Shown here one piece after another: positions 34,300 through 45,927 of a stretch of 64,000 nt of DNA. How positions within the stretch are numbered: the first letter of the stretch is position 1; each line of letters opens with the position of its first letter. Below the pieces are notes generated by a model that was not told the origin of the DNA, did no database searches, and saw only the letters and a list, made by a program, of their open reading frames with translations. This stretch comes from Selaginella moellendorffii (lineage: Eukaryota; Plantae; Lycopodiophyta): positions 4,772,389 to 4,836,388 of the forward strand of contig NW_003314262.1 in NCBI RefSeq assembly GCF_000143415.4, written 5' to 3'. A program made the translations under genes and the position numbers.

Positions 34300-36213
34300 T
34301 CAGTCCTCCGTTGTAGCGTCTTTACTCTTCTCTGTAGCCTCGGCAGTCTCTAGCGGCTGCACGAATCCTTTCTCGCACGCTTCGTCAAAGAATGCCTTGG
34401 CCTCCTCCATCCTCTGTGCGTCGTAGAGCCCCTGGATGATCGTCGTGTAAGTCGCAGCGTTGGGCTTGCAGCCATAAGAGCTGAGCAGCTTGAACAGCTC
34501 CAAGGCATCGTCCAGACGGTTTGCTCTCGAGAATCCAGCGACGAGGATGTTGTAAGTCTGGATGTCCGGGAAGTTGTCACACTCCACCATCTGGAGCAGC
34601 AGCTTGAGACCATCGTCCACTCTCCCCAGCTTGCAGTAGCCATCCATGAGACTGTTGTAAGCCACTCGACTGGTCGCAACTTTCTTGGCCACCACCGTTT
34701 GATAGATCTCGTTGGCCTCGTCCACTTTCCCGGCCTTGCACAGAGCAAAGATGAGGGAGTCTTGGACCTCGAGGTACGGCTCGTAGCCACGCTCGATCAT
34801 CTCGCGGTAGAGCTCGCAGGCTTCGTCCAGCTTCCCGTGGTTGGAGAGAGCCTCGATGAGAGTCATGAACGTCACATAGTCGCCAAGGCAGCCTGACTTA
34901 CGCATCCTCTCGAAGAGCTCGTAAGCCTCGTCGACTCTGCCCAGCTTGCACAGCGGATCGATCAGGACGAAGTAGGCAGCAGCGTCGGGAATGCATCCGG
35001 CCGCCAGCATCTCCTCCAAGATCTTAAACCCCGTATCCAGGTCGCCAGCTTTGCAGTAGCCATGAATCACTGACGTGTAGAGGAAGACGTCGGGCCGGAA
35101 GCGCTTGAGAGCCTGGTTGAGCAGCATGTGCCCGACTTGAGGCTGCCCGGCCTTGCAAAACCCGTGGATGAGAGTCGTGAAGGCGATCACGTCGGGCTCG
35201 CAGCCATTGTCTATCATACTGTTGAAGAACTTGTAAGCCTCGTCCATCTTATCGATCGAAGCCAGGCCGCTGATAACCGTGTTGTAACTCACGATGGTCG
35301 GTTCGCATCCCATCGAAGGCATCTCCAGGAAGAGCTCGATCGCCTTGTCGATCTTCCTGGCCTTGCAGAGACCATTTAGAACGATGTTGCAGTTGACAAC
35401 GTCCGGCATCAACCCCGTCGTATGCATCTCCTTCAAACAATCCAGCGCCTCCTCCATTCTCTGGGCCTTGCTCAAGCCATCGATCACTGTCCCATACGTG
35501 AACTTATTCGGAGCACACGTCTTGGCCATCTCTCGAAAATGCTCCACCCCTTCGCTCACTCTCCCGGCTCGGAACAGCGCCAGGAGCAAATTGTTGTGAG
35601 CTCGGACGTGCGCTGCGATGCCACTGTCCATCATCTCCTTGACAAGAACCAGCGCCTGGTCGATCTCCTTGGCGTTGCAAAAACCAGCCACCAGCGTCGA
35701 GTACGTGAAAGAATCGGGGCTACACTGCGCCAGGAACTCGGCCTTGAAGATCGCGTAGGCCTCGAAGTGCTTGCTATCGCGCACCATGGCGTGGAGGAGG
35801 CAATTCCACGAGTAAGTTACGTGGTGGAAGCCGTGCTGCCGCGACGCCCACCTAAAGAAAAAGAGCGCCGCATCAGCGTCCCTTAACTCGTTTAAAACTC
35901 TCCCTACCGTGGTGGGCGTGAGCTTGTAGCCCGCAGGCTTGGACGAGAGGAGGACGCCCAGCTCCGATTCCATCTCCGGCCCTGGCCGATTGCTCTCGAG
36001 GAGATTCACCACGGCGTCCACGTAGCCGTCGTCGCCGGGCCTTCCGTAGCGGCTCGCCGCGCGGGGCGACACCGGCGCGGACTTTGGATTGGCGCCGCAG
36101 CCGCGTGGAGCTGTGGAGGAGACGTACCGCGCGGCCGAGGGAGATCGATCGGCAGCGCCATGGCGGCGGAGGAGCAGGAGGAGGAGGCGTCTTGTTCGCG
36201 AGAATGTAGCCAT
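34300..36213 (-). CDS. P-class pentatricopeptide repeat protein (637 aa)
   Basis: Mitochondrial-type presequence MATFSRTRRLLLLLLRR, then FFRWASRQHGFHHVTYSWN and tandem P motifs. Telo-box cataaaccctaaa abuts the ATG. Confidence 0.95.
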   Translation of the reverse strand: MATFSRTRRLLLLLLRRHGAADRSPSAARYVSSTAPRGCGANPKSAPVSPRAASRYGRPGDDGYVDAVVNLLESNRPGPEMESELGVLLSSKPAGYKLTPTTVGRVLNELRDADAALFFFRWASRQHGFHHVTYSWNCLLHAMVRDSKHFEAYAIFKAEFLAQCSPDSFTYSTLVAGFCNAKEIDQALVLVKEMMDSGIAAHVRAHNNLLLALFRAGRVSEGVEHFREMAKTCAPNKFTYGTVIDGLSKAQRMEEALDCLKEMHTTGLMPDVVNCNIVLNGLCKARKIDKAIELFLEMPSMGCEPTIVSYNTVISGLASIDKMDEAYKFFNSMIDNGCEPDVIAFTTLIHGFCKAGQPQVGHMLLNQALKRFRPDVFLYTSVIHGYCKAGDLDTGFKILEEMLAAGCIPDAAAYFVLIDPLCKLGRVDEAYELFERMRKSGCLGDYVTFMTLIEALSNHGKLDEACELYREMIERGYEPYLEVQDSLIFALCKAGKVDEANEIYQTVVAKKVATSRVAYNSLMDGYCKLGRVDDGLKLLLQMVECDNFPDIQTYNILVAGFSRANRLDDALELFKLLSSYGCKPNAATYTTIIQGLYDAQRMEEAKAFFDEACEKGFVQPLETAEATEKSKDATTED

Positions 36214-36510
36214 AAACCCTAAATCTTAGTAAACCTAAAAGAAAGTATTATTTTTTGCCCCTTTAATGTGCTTTCATAAACCCTAATCTTGTTAAACCTT
36301 ATTACCCTCTTTACCCCTTTAATGTGAAATTACAGGTTCTTGATGCTTTCACTCAAAAATTCGCGCACCAGGTCTATTCGGAGCATCCAGTCCAGTTCCA
36401 CTACACCGACCAAGTGCATTGCACATCCCTCTAGAAATTCCATAGAGCCTTTAAAAACCCAGGGCATCTAAACTTTGTCCAAAGAAATTTCGGCCATTTC
36501 GCTCGTGAAA

Positions 36511-37078
36511 ATGCCGGAAGAATCCGACCAGATGCTCACTGTCTTGTTCCGCGATCTGAATCCAACTCCCTCGGCCCACTCCAATCCTCTCACCGCCCCT
36601 CTCCTGGAATGCTTCGATTTCAGCGCGATTTGTAAGTTCCCTCTCGAGAAATCGATCAAATTCTACCTCGTAGCCTTTAGATCCGTGAGGAAAGCCACGG
36701 CAGACGATACGCTGCTCTATAAGCTCGATGCCGCCGCACAAGCGGAAGCTCTAGAATCTGGAGGCCTTCTCAGGGTAATCAAACTTCTCTAGATCCAGAG
36801 ATTTCTAGCACAAAATTGATGGAGATTTCTTTCTTTCGCAGTACTGGTATGGTCGATTAAACGCACAGAAGGAATGCCTTGCGATGTGCGTATGGTCATC
36901 GAGAGACGCCGCGATTCGAGCCGGCACATTGCCGGCACACATCCAAGCCGCGTCCGTAGCGCACAGGATGTACGATGCGTACACTTTGGAGAGATACTGG
37001 CTCGAACTCTCGCCGTCTGGATCCCCAGATCGGCGCCTCACCGTCACGCTAAATATGATTAGCCAAACCAAACCGTAG
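36511..37078 (+). CDS. UPF0643-like protein (putative dimeric alpha-beta barrel), 2 exons; 5' end uncertain
   Basis: Splicing 36774^36842 (GT-AG) gives FYLVAFRSVRKATADDTLLYKLDAAAQAEALESGGLLR|YWYG...ECLAMCVWSSRDAA...PAHIQA...YDAYTLERYWL, resembling the fungal UPF0643 pattern FRS.R...DA.A..EA..SGGLLKYWFG...ATC.W. Confidence 0.7.
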
Positions 37079-37413
37079 TGATTTTTTAACGGTAAGTAAT
37101 CCGGCCCCGAGCGTCCGTTTTTACGTGCGTGCTTCGGAAATGATCTGCCATGCTGAGGTGGGCAGAGGACAGCCCTTGGATTTTTATAGGGCGATTTATT
37201 GTCAGGGGATCTTGTTTGTTACAATCGTTTATTTTTAAAAATCGTGCCGGGAATGATCATGCCAATCAGACGACCGCTAACGCGTAGCTCGTGCAAGCCG
37301 TTGGATCGGCTTGGGATCCGACGGCTGTCATGTTTCTTGTTCGTCCAGGCGATAGAGCAGGGAATTGGAAGCGCTGGGCTTGTGCGCCTGGGAAATCGAC
37401 GATCGATCGATCG

Positions 37414-38553
37414 ATGGAGGACAATGTGATTCAATGTTTCAGAGGCGACGAGCTTCTTCTGGCGCCAGGGATGATCCCAGCGGCCGCCCTGGATAGCTTT
37501 CAGGTAAAGCACCTCGCGCATTGGTCTACCACAGAGCCGTCGCTCGTCCCGATCTTTGTCAAGTCCGATCCAATCCTCCATCCCTCAAGCTGGCCGCCGC
37601 TGGAAATCGTGGAAGAATCGCAGGCGGGGGATGTGTTCTACGCGAATCCACTGGTGGACTGCCATGGCGTAGGTTTTGATTTCCATCCAGCGGACAGGCG
37701 CCAGGGATTGAGCTGGGCGATGCAAAGTCCGCTGGCCGATGAGATTCTTCTAAGATGCGAGGCACTACCCGATCTGGAAGCAGACATCCCGGAAGCGCGA
37801 TTTGTCAAGAACGAGCCGCTGCGCTTTGCCGGATTCCTGGACGATGTCACTACCAGCTCGTCGGGAAGCGTTGTCGAAGACTGCTGCGATTTCGATCAGA
37901 TAATGGCGCCGGTAGCGCCGCAGCCCCAGATTTTTCACTCTCTCGGCGGATCATCGGCTTGTCCAAGCTCATGGTTTGGCAATGATCAGAATCCTCGCTC
38001 GTCTGGGAACGAAGATCTGGAAGCCGCGCTTGGAAATGGGACCAGTTACTATGAGCCACCAAAGAAGCTGCTAAAGACGTCGCGGATTGAAGCTCGGGAG
38101 TGGGATGATCACGATCAGGGGATCAAGAGAAAGAACAAGGAAGAAGAAGAAGAACAAGAGGAAGAACTGGATCAGGAGAGCGATCTACATCCAGCCGAGA
38201 AGAAAAGGTCATGCCAGAGATCCTCAAGGCAGCAGCAGCAGAGGGAGCCATGGAGCTCGATCGATCCACAGAGCGTGGCGGCGAGGCGCAGGAGGAAGAG
38301 GATCAGCGAGCGCGTCCGGTGGCTGGAGAAGCTCATCCCCGGCGGGAGCAAGATGGACACGGCGAGCATGCTCGAGGAGGCGATCCGCTACGTCAAGTTC
38401 CTTCAGCTCCAGGTGGAGCTCCTGGAAATGATCGGCGGCGGTGGCGAAGATCACCACCGCCCGCCCAACTCGCCCCTCGTCCTGTCTGAAGAGCTCCAGG
38501 AGGTTCTCTTCCGGAAGAGGTGCTGTGTCGCGGCGATCAAACAGTCAACGTAA
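37414..38553 (+). CDS. bHLH transcription factor, group VIII (HEC/bHLH52-53-like), intronless
   Basis: [53 protein letters not shown]; C-terminal [15 protein letters not shown]. An alternative upstream in-frame ATG is at 37330. Confidence 0.9.
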   Translation: MEDNVIQCFRGDELLLAPGMIPAAALDSFQVKHLAHWSTTEPSLVPIFVKSDPILHPSSWPPLEIVEESQAGDVFYANPLVDCHGVGFDFHPADRRQGLSWAMQSPLADEILLRCEALPDLEADIPEARFVKNEPLRFAGFLDDVTTSSSGSVVEDCCDFDQIMAPVAPQPQIFHSLGGSSACPSSWFGNDQNPRSSGNEDLEAALGNGTSYYEPPKKLLKTSRIEAREWDDHDQGIKRKNKEEEEEQEEELDQESDLHPAEKKRSCQRSSRQQQQREPWSSIDPQSVAARRRRKRISERVRWLEKLIPGGSKMDTASMLEEAIRYVKFLQLQVELLEMIGGGGEDHHRPPNSPLVLSEELQEVLFRKRCCVAAIKQST

Positions 38554-38609
38554 AAAGTCAAAGGCCCCGGGAGAGTCAAGTCAACCCCTGTGAGAGAGTT
38601 CTTTTTTGT

Positions 38610-39152
38610 TTACTGTCCTTTGTTCTTCTCGGCTTCCAATCGTTCCTTGGCTCTTTGGACCTTGGATTGAATGTAGAAGCTCCCGATCTTCGCGTTCCTC
38701 TCAAATAAGTTCTCATACTTCTGCGAAAATTCCAGCGTTGTCTAAGAGTTGATGATCTAACCCAAGAAAAAATCGTGTCACCTTCAAGATTTCTTCCCAC
38801 GGAGTTTTCTCGCTGACGCCCAAAATCATCCTGGCTTCGTGCGGCGACATTTTCTTGGTCGATTTCTCGGCGATATCTTGGAGCGTCTCCTGAGCCACGC
38901 CCGTTTTGGATGCATCTACAACACAGCATCCAAGTGAAAGGCTCCACAATCGTTTTTTAAAGGAAAAATCGCGGAGACAGCTAAAAACTCACTGATCAGC
39001 GCTTGCTTGTACGCTTGAGACACCGCGCGCAGCAAAATCCCCGACCCAATCACGATCAAATTCGCGATAACTTTCGCGATCTGGAAGCACGATCTGTTAG
39101 TAGCGGCCGCATTCTCCCTCCCGGATTGATCTACACGCACCTGACCCACCAT
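38610..39152 (-). CDS. PAM16: mitochondrial import motor subunit PAM16 (4 exons; first exon is ATG only)
   Basis: M|IAKVIANLIVIGSGILLRAVSQAYKQALI|NASKTGVAQETL...MSPHEARMILGV...WEEILK|KYENLFERNAKIGSFYIQSKVQRAKERLE. Confidence 0.93.
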
Positions 39153-39169
39153 CTAGCCTCAAGAACCCT

Positions 39170-39245
39170 AATGTGCTTCTTGCACACGTGGCACAATCAG
39201 CGCATGCCACGTAAAAAGCTGGTTTTACCGCCACGTGTAGGGCAA
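39170..39245. promoter_or_regulatory. G-box/ABRE cluster in the short divergent PAM16/HNH promoter
   Basis: cacacgtggca, gccacgtaa and gccacgtgt within ~60 bp; gaaccctaa at ~39162. Confidence 0.45.
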
Positions 39246-39314
39246 AAGGCATATGCTGACGGGGTTATTCTTTTTTTCTCTTCTTCGTGTTCTTCCTTCT
39301 CTCTTTGGGGAAGA

Positions 39315-40552
39315 ATGCCTAGCCAGATGATCCTCGAGCGATCATTCTTCTCCCATGGGAGCGATAGGGTTTTCGTTTTCTCGGTGAAGCGCCACGCGCC
39401 GCCGGGCCAATCTTCGTTCAAATACAGGATTCAGGGCAAAGGCGGAGCTCCGCACAAGAAATCCAAGGGGGATGGGAGCTCTCATCCAAATGCAGCAGCC
39501 AAGGAGAGCTCGCTGGAGGGAATGGCAGCGGCGGCCGTGGCGGCGGCCCAAGAAGCAGCGGAGGAGGCGAGCTGGATGGCTCTGGACGATGACGATTCGT
39601 GTGATCAGGCCGATGAGCTCAAGAAATTCAAGGGGCTTGTTCTCGATCTCTCCTACAGGTAACTTGTTCGTCTAGAAATCTTCGCATTGGAATGACACTG
39701 ACAGATATTTTGGGATAATGTAGACCGATTAACATTGTGGGATGGAAGCGCGCATTATGCCTTGAGATCCTTGAGAAGGTTAGCCTTATCATAAAATTTG
39801 GTTTGATATATCCATAGCTTCCTAGGCGGAAGTCCTCGTTTACTACGATCAACTTGTTTGTTCTCCGAGCAGAGTGTTCTTCATTCCTGCCGTTTTAAAG
39901 GTACGAATGCATGGAATTTCTTCGCACTTGTTAAGCTCTAAGTTTGTTTCCACAGATGGTCGATTTCGTATACTCGCCGAAGCCCAAGACCTTACGGCTG
40001 AGCTTGAGTAGAACCAACGTTTTCATCCGAGACAAATTCAAATGCCAGTAAGATCCATGGAAAAAAAGAGATTTCAAGGCTGTCGCTAACTTAAACCAGC
40101 CGCTTGGCATTCATAGGTACTGCGACCACGACAGAGACTTGACAATCGATCATGTTCTTCCGGTTTCCAAAGGCGGCGGCCATAGCTGGGACAATCTGGT
40201 AAAAGCCCATTCGATTAAGAAGCTTCTCTCGATCATCAAAGTTTTCTCTCATCTCGCAGGTAACAGCGTGTAAGCGCTGCAATGGCAAGAAGGGAAGCAG
40301 ATTACTAGAGGACGTGGAGATGAAGTTGGACAAGGCTCCAAAGGTGAGGGAGATCGACGATCAATTCGACCATTGCGTTCTTAATCCCTTTGTCCTGGAA
40401 TTTCATAGGAACCGAATGTCATGGATAGCAGAGAGCTACCGCCCAGCTACCGGGTCTTCAAGAACATAGTCCTCAACACCAAAGTACCATCGGAATGGAT
40501 AGACTACTTACCGCAACGTCCAACCAAATTCGACTATCATAGACGAGGATGA
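39315..40552 (+). CDS. HNH endonuclease family protein (McrA-like, probably plastid-targeted), multi-exon
   Basis: KFKGLVLDLSYR|PINIVGWKRALCLE...IPAVL...LSRTNVFIRDKFKCQ|YCDHDRDLTIDHVLPVSKGGGHSWDNL|VTACKRCNGKKG...PSEWIDYLP. Confidence 0.9.
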
Positions 40553-41265
40553 TCTAATCTCCAAAACCATGTAAAACTGCCAAACCATGTAAATCTAATG
40601 TAAGGTTTAGTCAACGCCTAAAAAGGGACGGAATATACACTCCAGATAAAAGATTCAGAACATTCTGTCTGTGTTAAAGCATATACTTGTTAAACCCTAT
40701 ATTGCCCAAACCTAATTAAAACTTACCGAAGCAGAGTTTGCTTTTCTACCGAAGCTGGGCCGAACCTGACAGCTGCCTACCGAGGCAAATCAGCCACCAC
40801 CGGAGCTACTCTATCTTGTTTCCTTGCGATGGTTTTCATTGTTTTCTCATATCTTGCTCTCGCTTTTCTCCATTTTTTTTCTCTCTACGCTTTCCTCGTT
40901 ACACGCCTTTGCGCGATGCGATGCTGATCTCGAGCTTTTCCAGTCAATGCGAAGAAGGAATCCAAATCCAAATCGCGGCGGCTTGAATCGCAGCTGCCGA
41001 GCTTTTCTCCCATCGCCGGGATCCGAGTGAGCGGGATCGAGAATCATCGCTCGGGATTGCAGGGAAGAACATTCGTACGAGGTATGGAGGAAAAAAAAAG
41101 AAAGAAAGAAAGGAGAAGCACCAAAAAAAAAGAGTCCCTATTGCTTGCTTGCCTGCTTTTTCCTCGATTGGATTCCTCTCTTGGTGGTTCTTCCCATAGG
41201 GTTCTTGCGTTGCGCGCATTCGAATTGCTAACGAGCTCTCTCTCATTGTTTCTGGATTGACAGAG

Positions 41266-41643
41266 ATGCCTCCAGCGAGGAAGAAAGCCAAAAAAGTGGA
41301 CGCGGCGGAGCCATCCAGCAGCGGCAGCGCAGATCCACCGGCACAGAAAAAGCGAGGCCGGCCTCGCAAGATCGTCGTCAAGGAGGAGGAGGAGGAGGAT
41401 CAGCAGGAATACAAGAGCGCCTCCATCGCCGCCGAGCAAGAGGCATTGAAGCGAGCCAAGCTCCCAGCGATTCAAGGATCGTCGGAGATGATAGGCGAGC
41501 CGGATGGGGGAAAAATTCTCTCGGAGCCCGCCAGCGCCATCAAAGCTCCCACCGCTGCTGCCGCTGCCGCCAAGAGGGATGGGCGACGTCGCAAGAGCGA
41601 GCCTCACAGAGCTCCCGGTGTTCTCATCGAAGGCTTTTTGTGA
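41266..41643 (+). CDS. small AT-hook (KRGRPRK) nuclear protein
   Basis: MPPARKKAKK...QKKRGRPRKIVVKEEEEE...RRRKSEPHRAP. A 5'UTR intron (gtatgg ~41082 to cag 41263) precedes the ATG. Confidence 0.75.
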   Translation: MPPARKKAKKVDAAEPSSSGSADPPAQKKRGRPRKIVVKEEEEEDQQEYKSASIAAEQEALKRAKLPAIQGSSEMIGEPDGGKILSEPASAIKAPTAAAAAAKRDGRRRKSEPHRAPGVLIEGFL

Positions 41644-42939
41644 GCTCCATCGCCAACTAGGGAGAAGATGAAGATCACTGCAAAGACTCCATTGACACGA
41701 GATCGAGATCGATCAAAGGTTAGGCCAAGCTCCACTGCGATTCTATTCTTTCTTCGCTTTTTTTTTTTCTTCGTTGTTCTTCGTCGCCTTGTTCCAGATC
41801 GTCGTTGATTCATTCATTCGTTTTTATCTCTTGGATTTTTTCTGGGATATCATCGCTGTTTGCTCGAAGTGTTCTAGCAGTTCTAAGTAGCTGTGGAATT
41901 TTATTTTTTTTTCCTCTCTTTTTTTCTAAGACAGTCCAAGCAAAATCCCAAACTTTTGTCCTCGTGTTCTTCAGCCGCGCCGTGTTTTTCCGTTGCGAGA
42001 TTTTCCTCTTCTTCGCGTTTCCTGGATTTGTTTAGCGTAAAAAAAACTGTCGGTGGTGGCTGATCAAGTGTTTGATCGATTGGAAGGAAAAAAAAAAGAG
42101 AGAGGAAAGTGGGAAATTTTGACTTCCTCCATGATTTTTATCGCTTGATCTTTTCTTACGCCTTGGTAGTGGTGGTGGCGTTCTTCCTTCTTCTCTGATT
42201 GATCTGGGCGTGCGTGCGTGCGTGTGTAGTATATCTCCTCCTCCTTCCTCCCCCCCTTTATTCCTTCTTCTTCTTCATGGTCTTTTTTCTTCCTCCCTGG
42301 AATCTACGTAGTACTTAAGACGAGTGAGAGAGAGAGAGAGAGAAGACAATAACCAATGCTTTCTTTGTGATAAATGGCATGGACAGAGCACACAGGCTAG
42401 TAGCAGCAGTACGTGGAAGGCTTTTAGAAAAAATATCATTCTTTTTTCACCCCATCTTTCCACCACCACTGATCAGGTGCCCCTATCAATCAATCAAACG
42501 CGAAATTTGATCTCGCTAGACCTACTCCATCCAATCTAAGCTAAGTCGTCCCTCGCAGAAAGCGCTACATTCTTCTTCCTTTATTTCACTGCCTAGTAGA
42601 GAACAGTCCCCTTGCCCTAGCTCCTCGATCGAGCGATTGTTTCTCAGTAGAGGAGCTCCGATCGCGTTGCTCGCCGGCGCCTAGGCCGGCAGCAGAGATA
42701 GCACAGGCAGAGGCAGCACATCGAGCACCAGAAGAAAATTCCCCTCATCGCGATCGCGCTATCTTGCCCTAATCCCTACGCCCAAATTTATTCCCCCCTT
42801 TTTGACCTAGAACTTGTTCTTTCCGCGATCGACAATGCGGCATCGGCGATGCCGCTTCTCCGGTAAGAAATCGTTGCGATGGACGCCACAGCTGTGACTC
42901 GCGCGATCGCGTGAGAGGAATCGGCGAGAATTTCTGGGA

Positions 42940-45759
42940 ATGGCGAGCGTTTTGCCGCTGGGGCAGATCCTCTGTGGCCGCGAGATCAGTGCTGGCAATA
43001 TCGGCGCTCGAGGACTGCCTTTGCGGGTGAGGGTGAGTTTCATCGGCAGCTCCAGGAGGAAATCCAGCAAGTATGACCACTATTTCGCTTCTTCCAATGT
43101 GGATCTCGAGTCGGCCGAGGAGAAGATCCAGCGCCTTACCGCCACCGTCGAGAGGCTCAAGGCACGCATTGCGGAGCTGGAGGGTTTGGTCCCAAGCACA
43201 AGATCTCGCGTGGAAGAGAGCATGGAGCAGCAGCCAACTCCAAAGCAACTTCTAAAGAGCATCACGATGGTATCGCAAACTTTTAGAGTGCTTTCGTCGC
43301 GCGGTTAACACTTGTTTGCTTTTGTTTAGAACGTACCAGTGTTGAAGCCGGAGCCATCGCAAAAACTGGGAGAAATCGATCGACTACCGAGTATCGTCTG
43401 GCCGTCCCCGAGCGATGAGATACCGCTTTGGAACCGAGGTCGACTGAGGCATGAAGTAGCAGGGCTTGGGTCGACAAAGGACGTAGAAAACGATCGAAAT
43501 CCACTCTATATCATCCATGTCACGGCGGAGATGGTGCCTCTAGCAAAGGTTGGAGGTTTGGCGGACGTGGTTACTGGTTTGAGCCGGGCATGCATTGACA
43601 GGGGACACAAAGTGGAGATCATGATTCCTTTCTACGAGTGCATACCAGGTGAACAGATCAAAGGCTTCAGTCCTGGTGAATCCTACTCGTCTTATCACAA
43701 CGGGAACTGGATCTCGGTTCAAGTTTACCGAGGCAAGATCGCTGGAGTGTCGGTCTTACTTGTCCAGCCGAAGAACCAGTTTTTCAAGGGGTCAAGTATC
43801 TATGGTGGATCTTACGACGAACTTGAAGCGTATTTGTTTTTCAGCCGTGCTTGCTTGGAGTGGATGCAGGTTTGCCGTGCATTTTTTGATCGTTTTCGTT
43901 TTTTCCTTCTTTTTTCAAGTTGTTTGTTCGCAGGTGACAAACAATCACCCGGATATCATCCACGCTCATGAGTGGCATACTGGAGCTGTATCGATGCTTT
44001 ACTGGGATATGTATCATCACTTGTCCTTGAAGGTAATAGCTCATGATCGCTCGAATAGATTTGACACTCGACTTTTACGGCAGAAACCAAGACTTGTGCT
44101 TACTATTCACAACATGGAGCATTACGGAGAATGCAGGTGCGATCCCTTCAGTTTGTTTCATTTACTTACGCTTTATACTGTTCAGGATGGAACAGCTCAA
44201 CATGTGCGGTCTAGAAGGTTCAACTTATCGCACATCTGATAAAGTAGAAGTATCTTGTGTTGTTTAGACCGTTTTATTGATTCTTATTTTCTATTGCAGG
44301 CTGTCGATGATCGAACAATCGGACACAATCCTGAGAGGCTCAGCTTGCTCAAGGGAGGGATTGTGTACAGCAATGCTGTAACGTAAGTTTCTTTAGCTGC
44401 TCGGCAATCTTAACTGCTCGGCTAATGGCAGAACTGTGTCACCGTCTTATGTCAATGAGACGCTTTGCTCGGGATGGCTGTCAAGCACTTTGATGAAGCA
44501 CCGTTCCAAGTAATTGTACTCGACCTGGTAAAACCTACAGAGCAACACATCGCAAACTTTAATTCTTTGTTACAGATATTTTGGGATCCTGAACGGGATC
44601 GACACAGAGCTATGGAACCCGGAGACAGATCCTTACCTGCCCGTGGGATTTTCAGGTGACGAGTTTCTTTACAGTTCCATGTATTGACGTCCTAGTTGCT
44701 TCAGCAACGGATTTAATGGGAAAACAAGCTTGTAAGCAGTATCTACAGAGAGGCCTTGGGCTTGAACCGGACGAGTTGCCCACTCAAAGGAAGACATACC
44801 AAGAATGCAAGCGTTCGCCTTTGATCGTGTGCATCACGAGATTGGTGGCTCAGAAAGGGATTCATCTTATACGGCATGCCATGTATCACGTAGATCAAAT
44901 GGTAAGATCCGGTTAGTGTGCATGATCTCATAGCTTTTACTACGCAGTTTGTATCTTATGACGTCACAATGTTTACAGGATGGCCAATTCGTGCTTCTAG
45001 GCACGTCACGCGATCCTCGTGTGAAGGGAGAATTCGAGCACCACGCTACAAAGGTGTGTGCTTTTACATCTAGCGTCGTTTCTCTAACTTTTACATTTTT
45101 GCAGTTCGGGGATAGTAAGAAGGTGCGATTGCTGCTGACATACAGGTGAAGCGAAAATTGGTGAGAGTTGGTTGTAGATTTGTGACAAAGCTGTTTGCTT
45201 TGTAGTGAGGAGTTAGCGCATTTGCTATATGCAGCAGCGGATATCGTACTGGTGCCATCCATGTTTGAGCCTTGTGGCTTGACTCAGATGATTGGGATGC
45301 GATATGGAGCGGTAAAAAAACACAAAAAGTGAAGCGAAACCAAAGCACTGACTCTTTGTTTTTCTTTTTCTTTTTTCTTTGTTGCAGATTCCTGTTGTCC
45401 GAAAGACGGGTGGCTTGGCCGATACTGTTTTCGACGTGGAGCATTCGAAAGCGATTGACGCCAATGGGTATGTCTTTTCAATGCTCGATGTCGCTTACAC
45501 TGGGGAATTCACAGGTTTGTTTTCGAAGGAATCGACGAGAGGTCGCTCAACAGTGCCTTGGATCGTGCTCTGCAACAGTTTTGCGAGAGTAAGCTTGTGT
45601 TCTTAATACTCAAAGATCTAAACTTTAGTTTCTTTTGGTTTCTTTTCTTCAGAGCCCCACCACTGGCAGGCTTTGGTTTCGAAAGTTATGCTGCTAGACA
45701 ACAGCTGGAACAAATCCGCTAGGGAGTACGTCAGTGTTTACAACTCTGTGCGTGTCTAA
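42940..45759 (+). CDS. soluble starch synthase (GT5, SS4/SS6 clade), multi-exon
   Basis: Transit peptide and coiled coil; [12 protein letters not shown]; [24 protein letters not shown] (KxGGL); [10 protein letters not shown]; [10 protein letters not shown]; FGILNGIDT; [10 protein letters not shown]; [19 protein letters not shown]; [13 protein letters not shown]; stop 45757-45759. Confidence 0.93.
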
Positions 45760-45927
45760 GCTAAGCGAGATAAAGGGAATGAAAGTATGGAATAATTATA
45801 AACTGTGACATGATCGTAACTCCATGACTCTAGGAGCAAATCATGGAAGTTTAAAAAACTACCAAACTACCACTTTCTTCGAGTCAAATCTCCCTACACA
45901 GAAAAAAAAAAAGAGAGGTTTTTAGCA

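Noticed and set aside
42690-42725. Sequence faintly resembling the miR408 star strand
   Set aside because: No mature miRNA match and no foldback partner; no tRNA, rRNA or known miRNA was recognised anywhere in the window.
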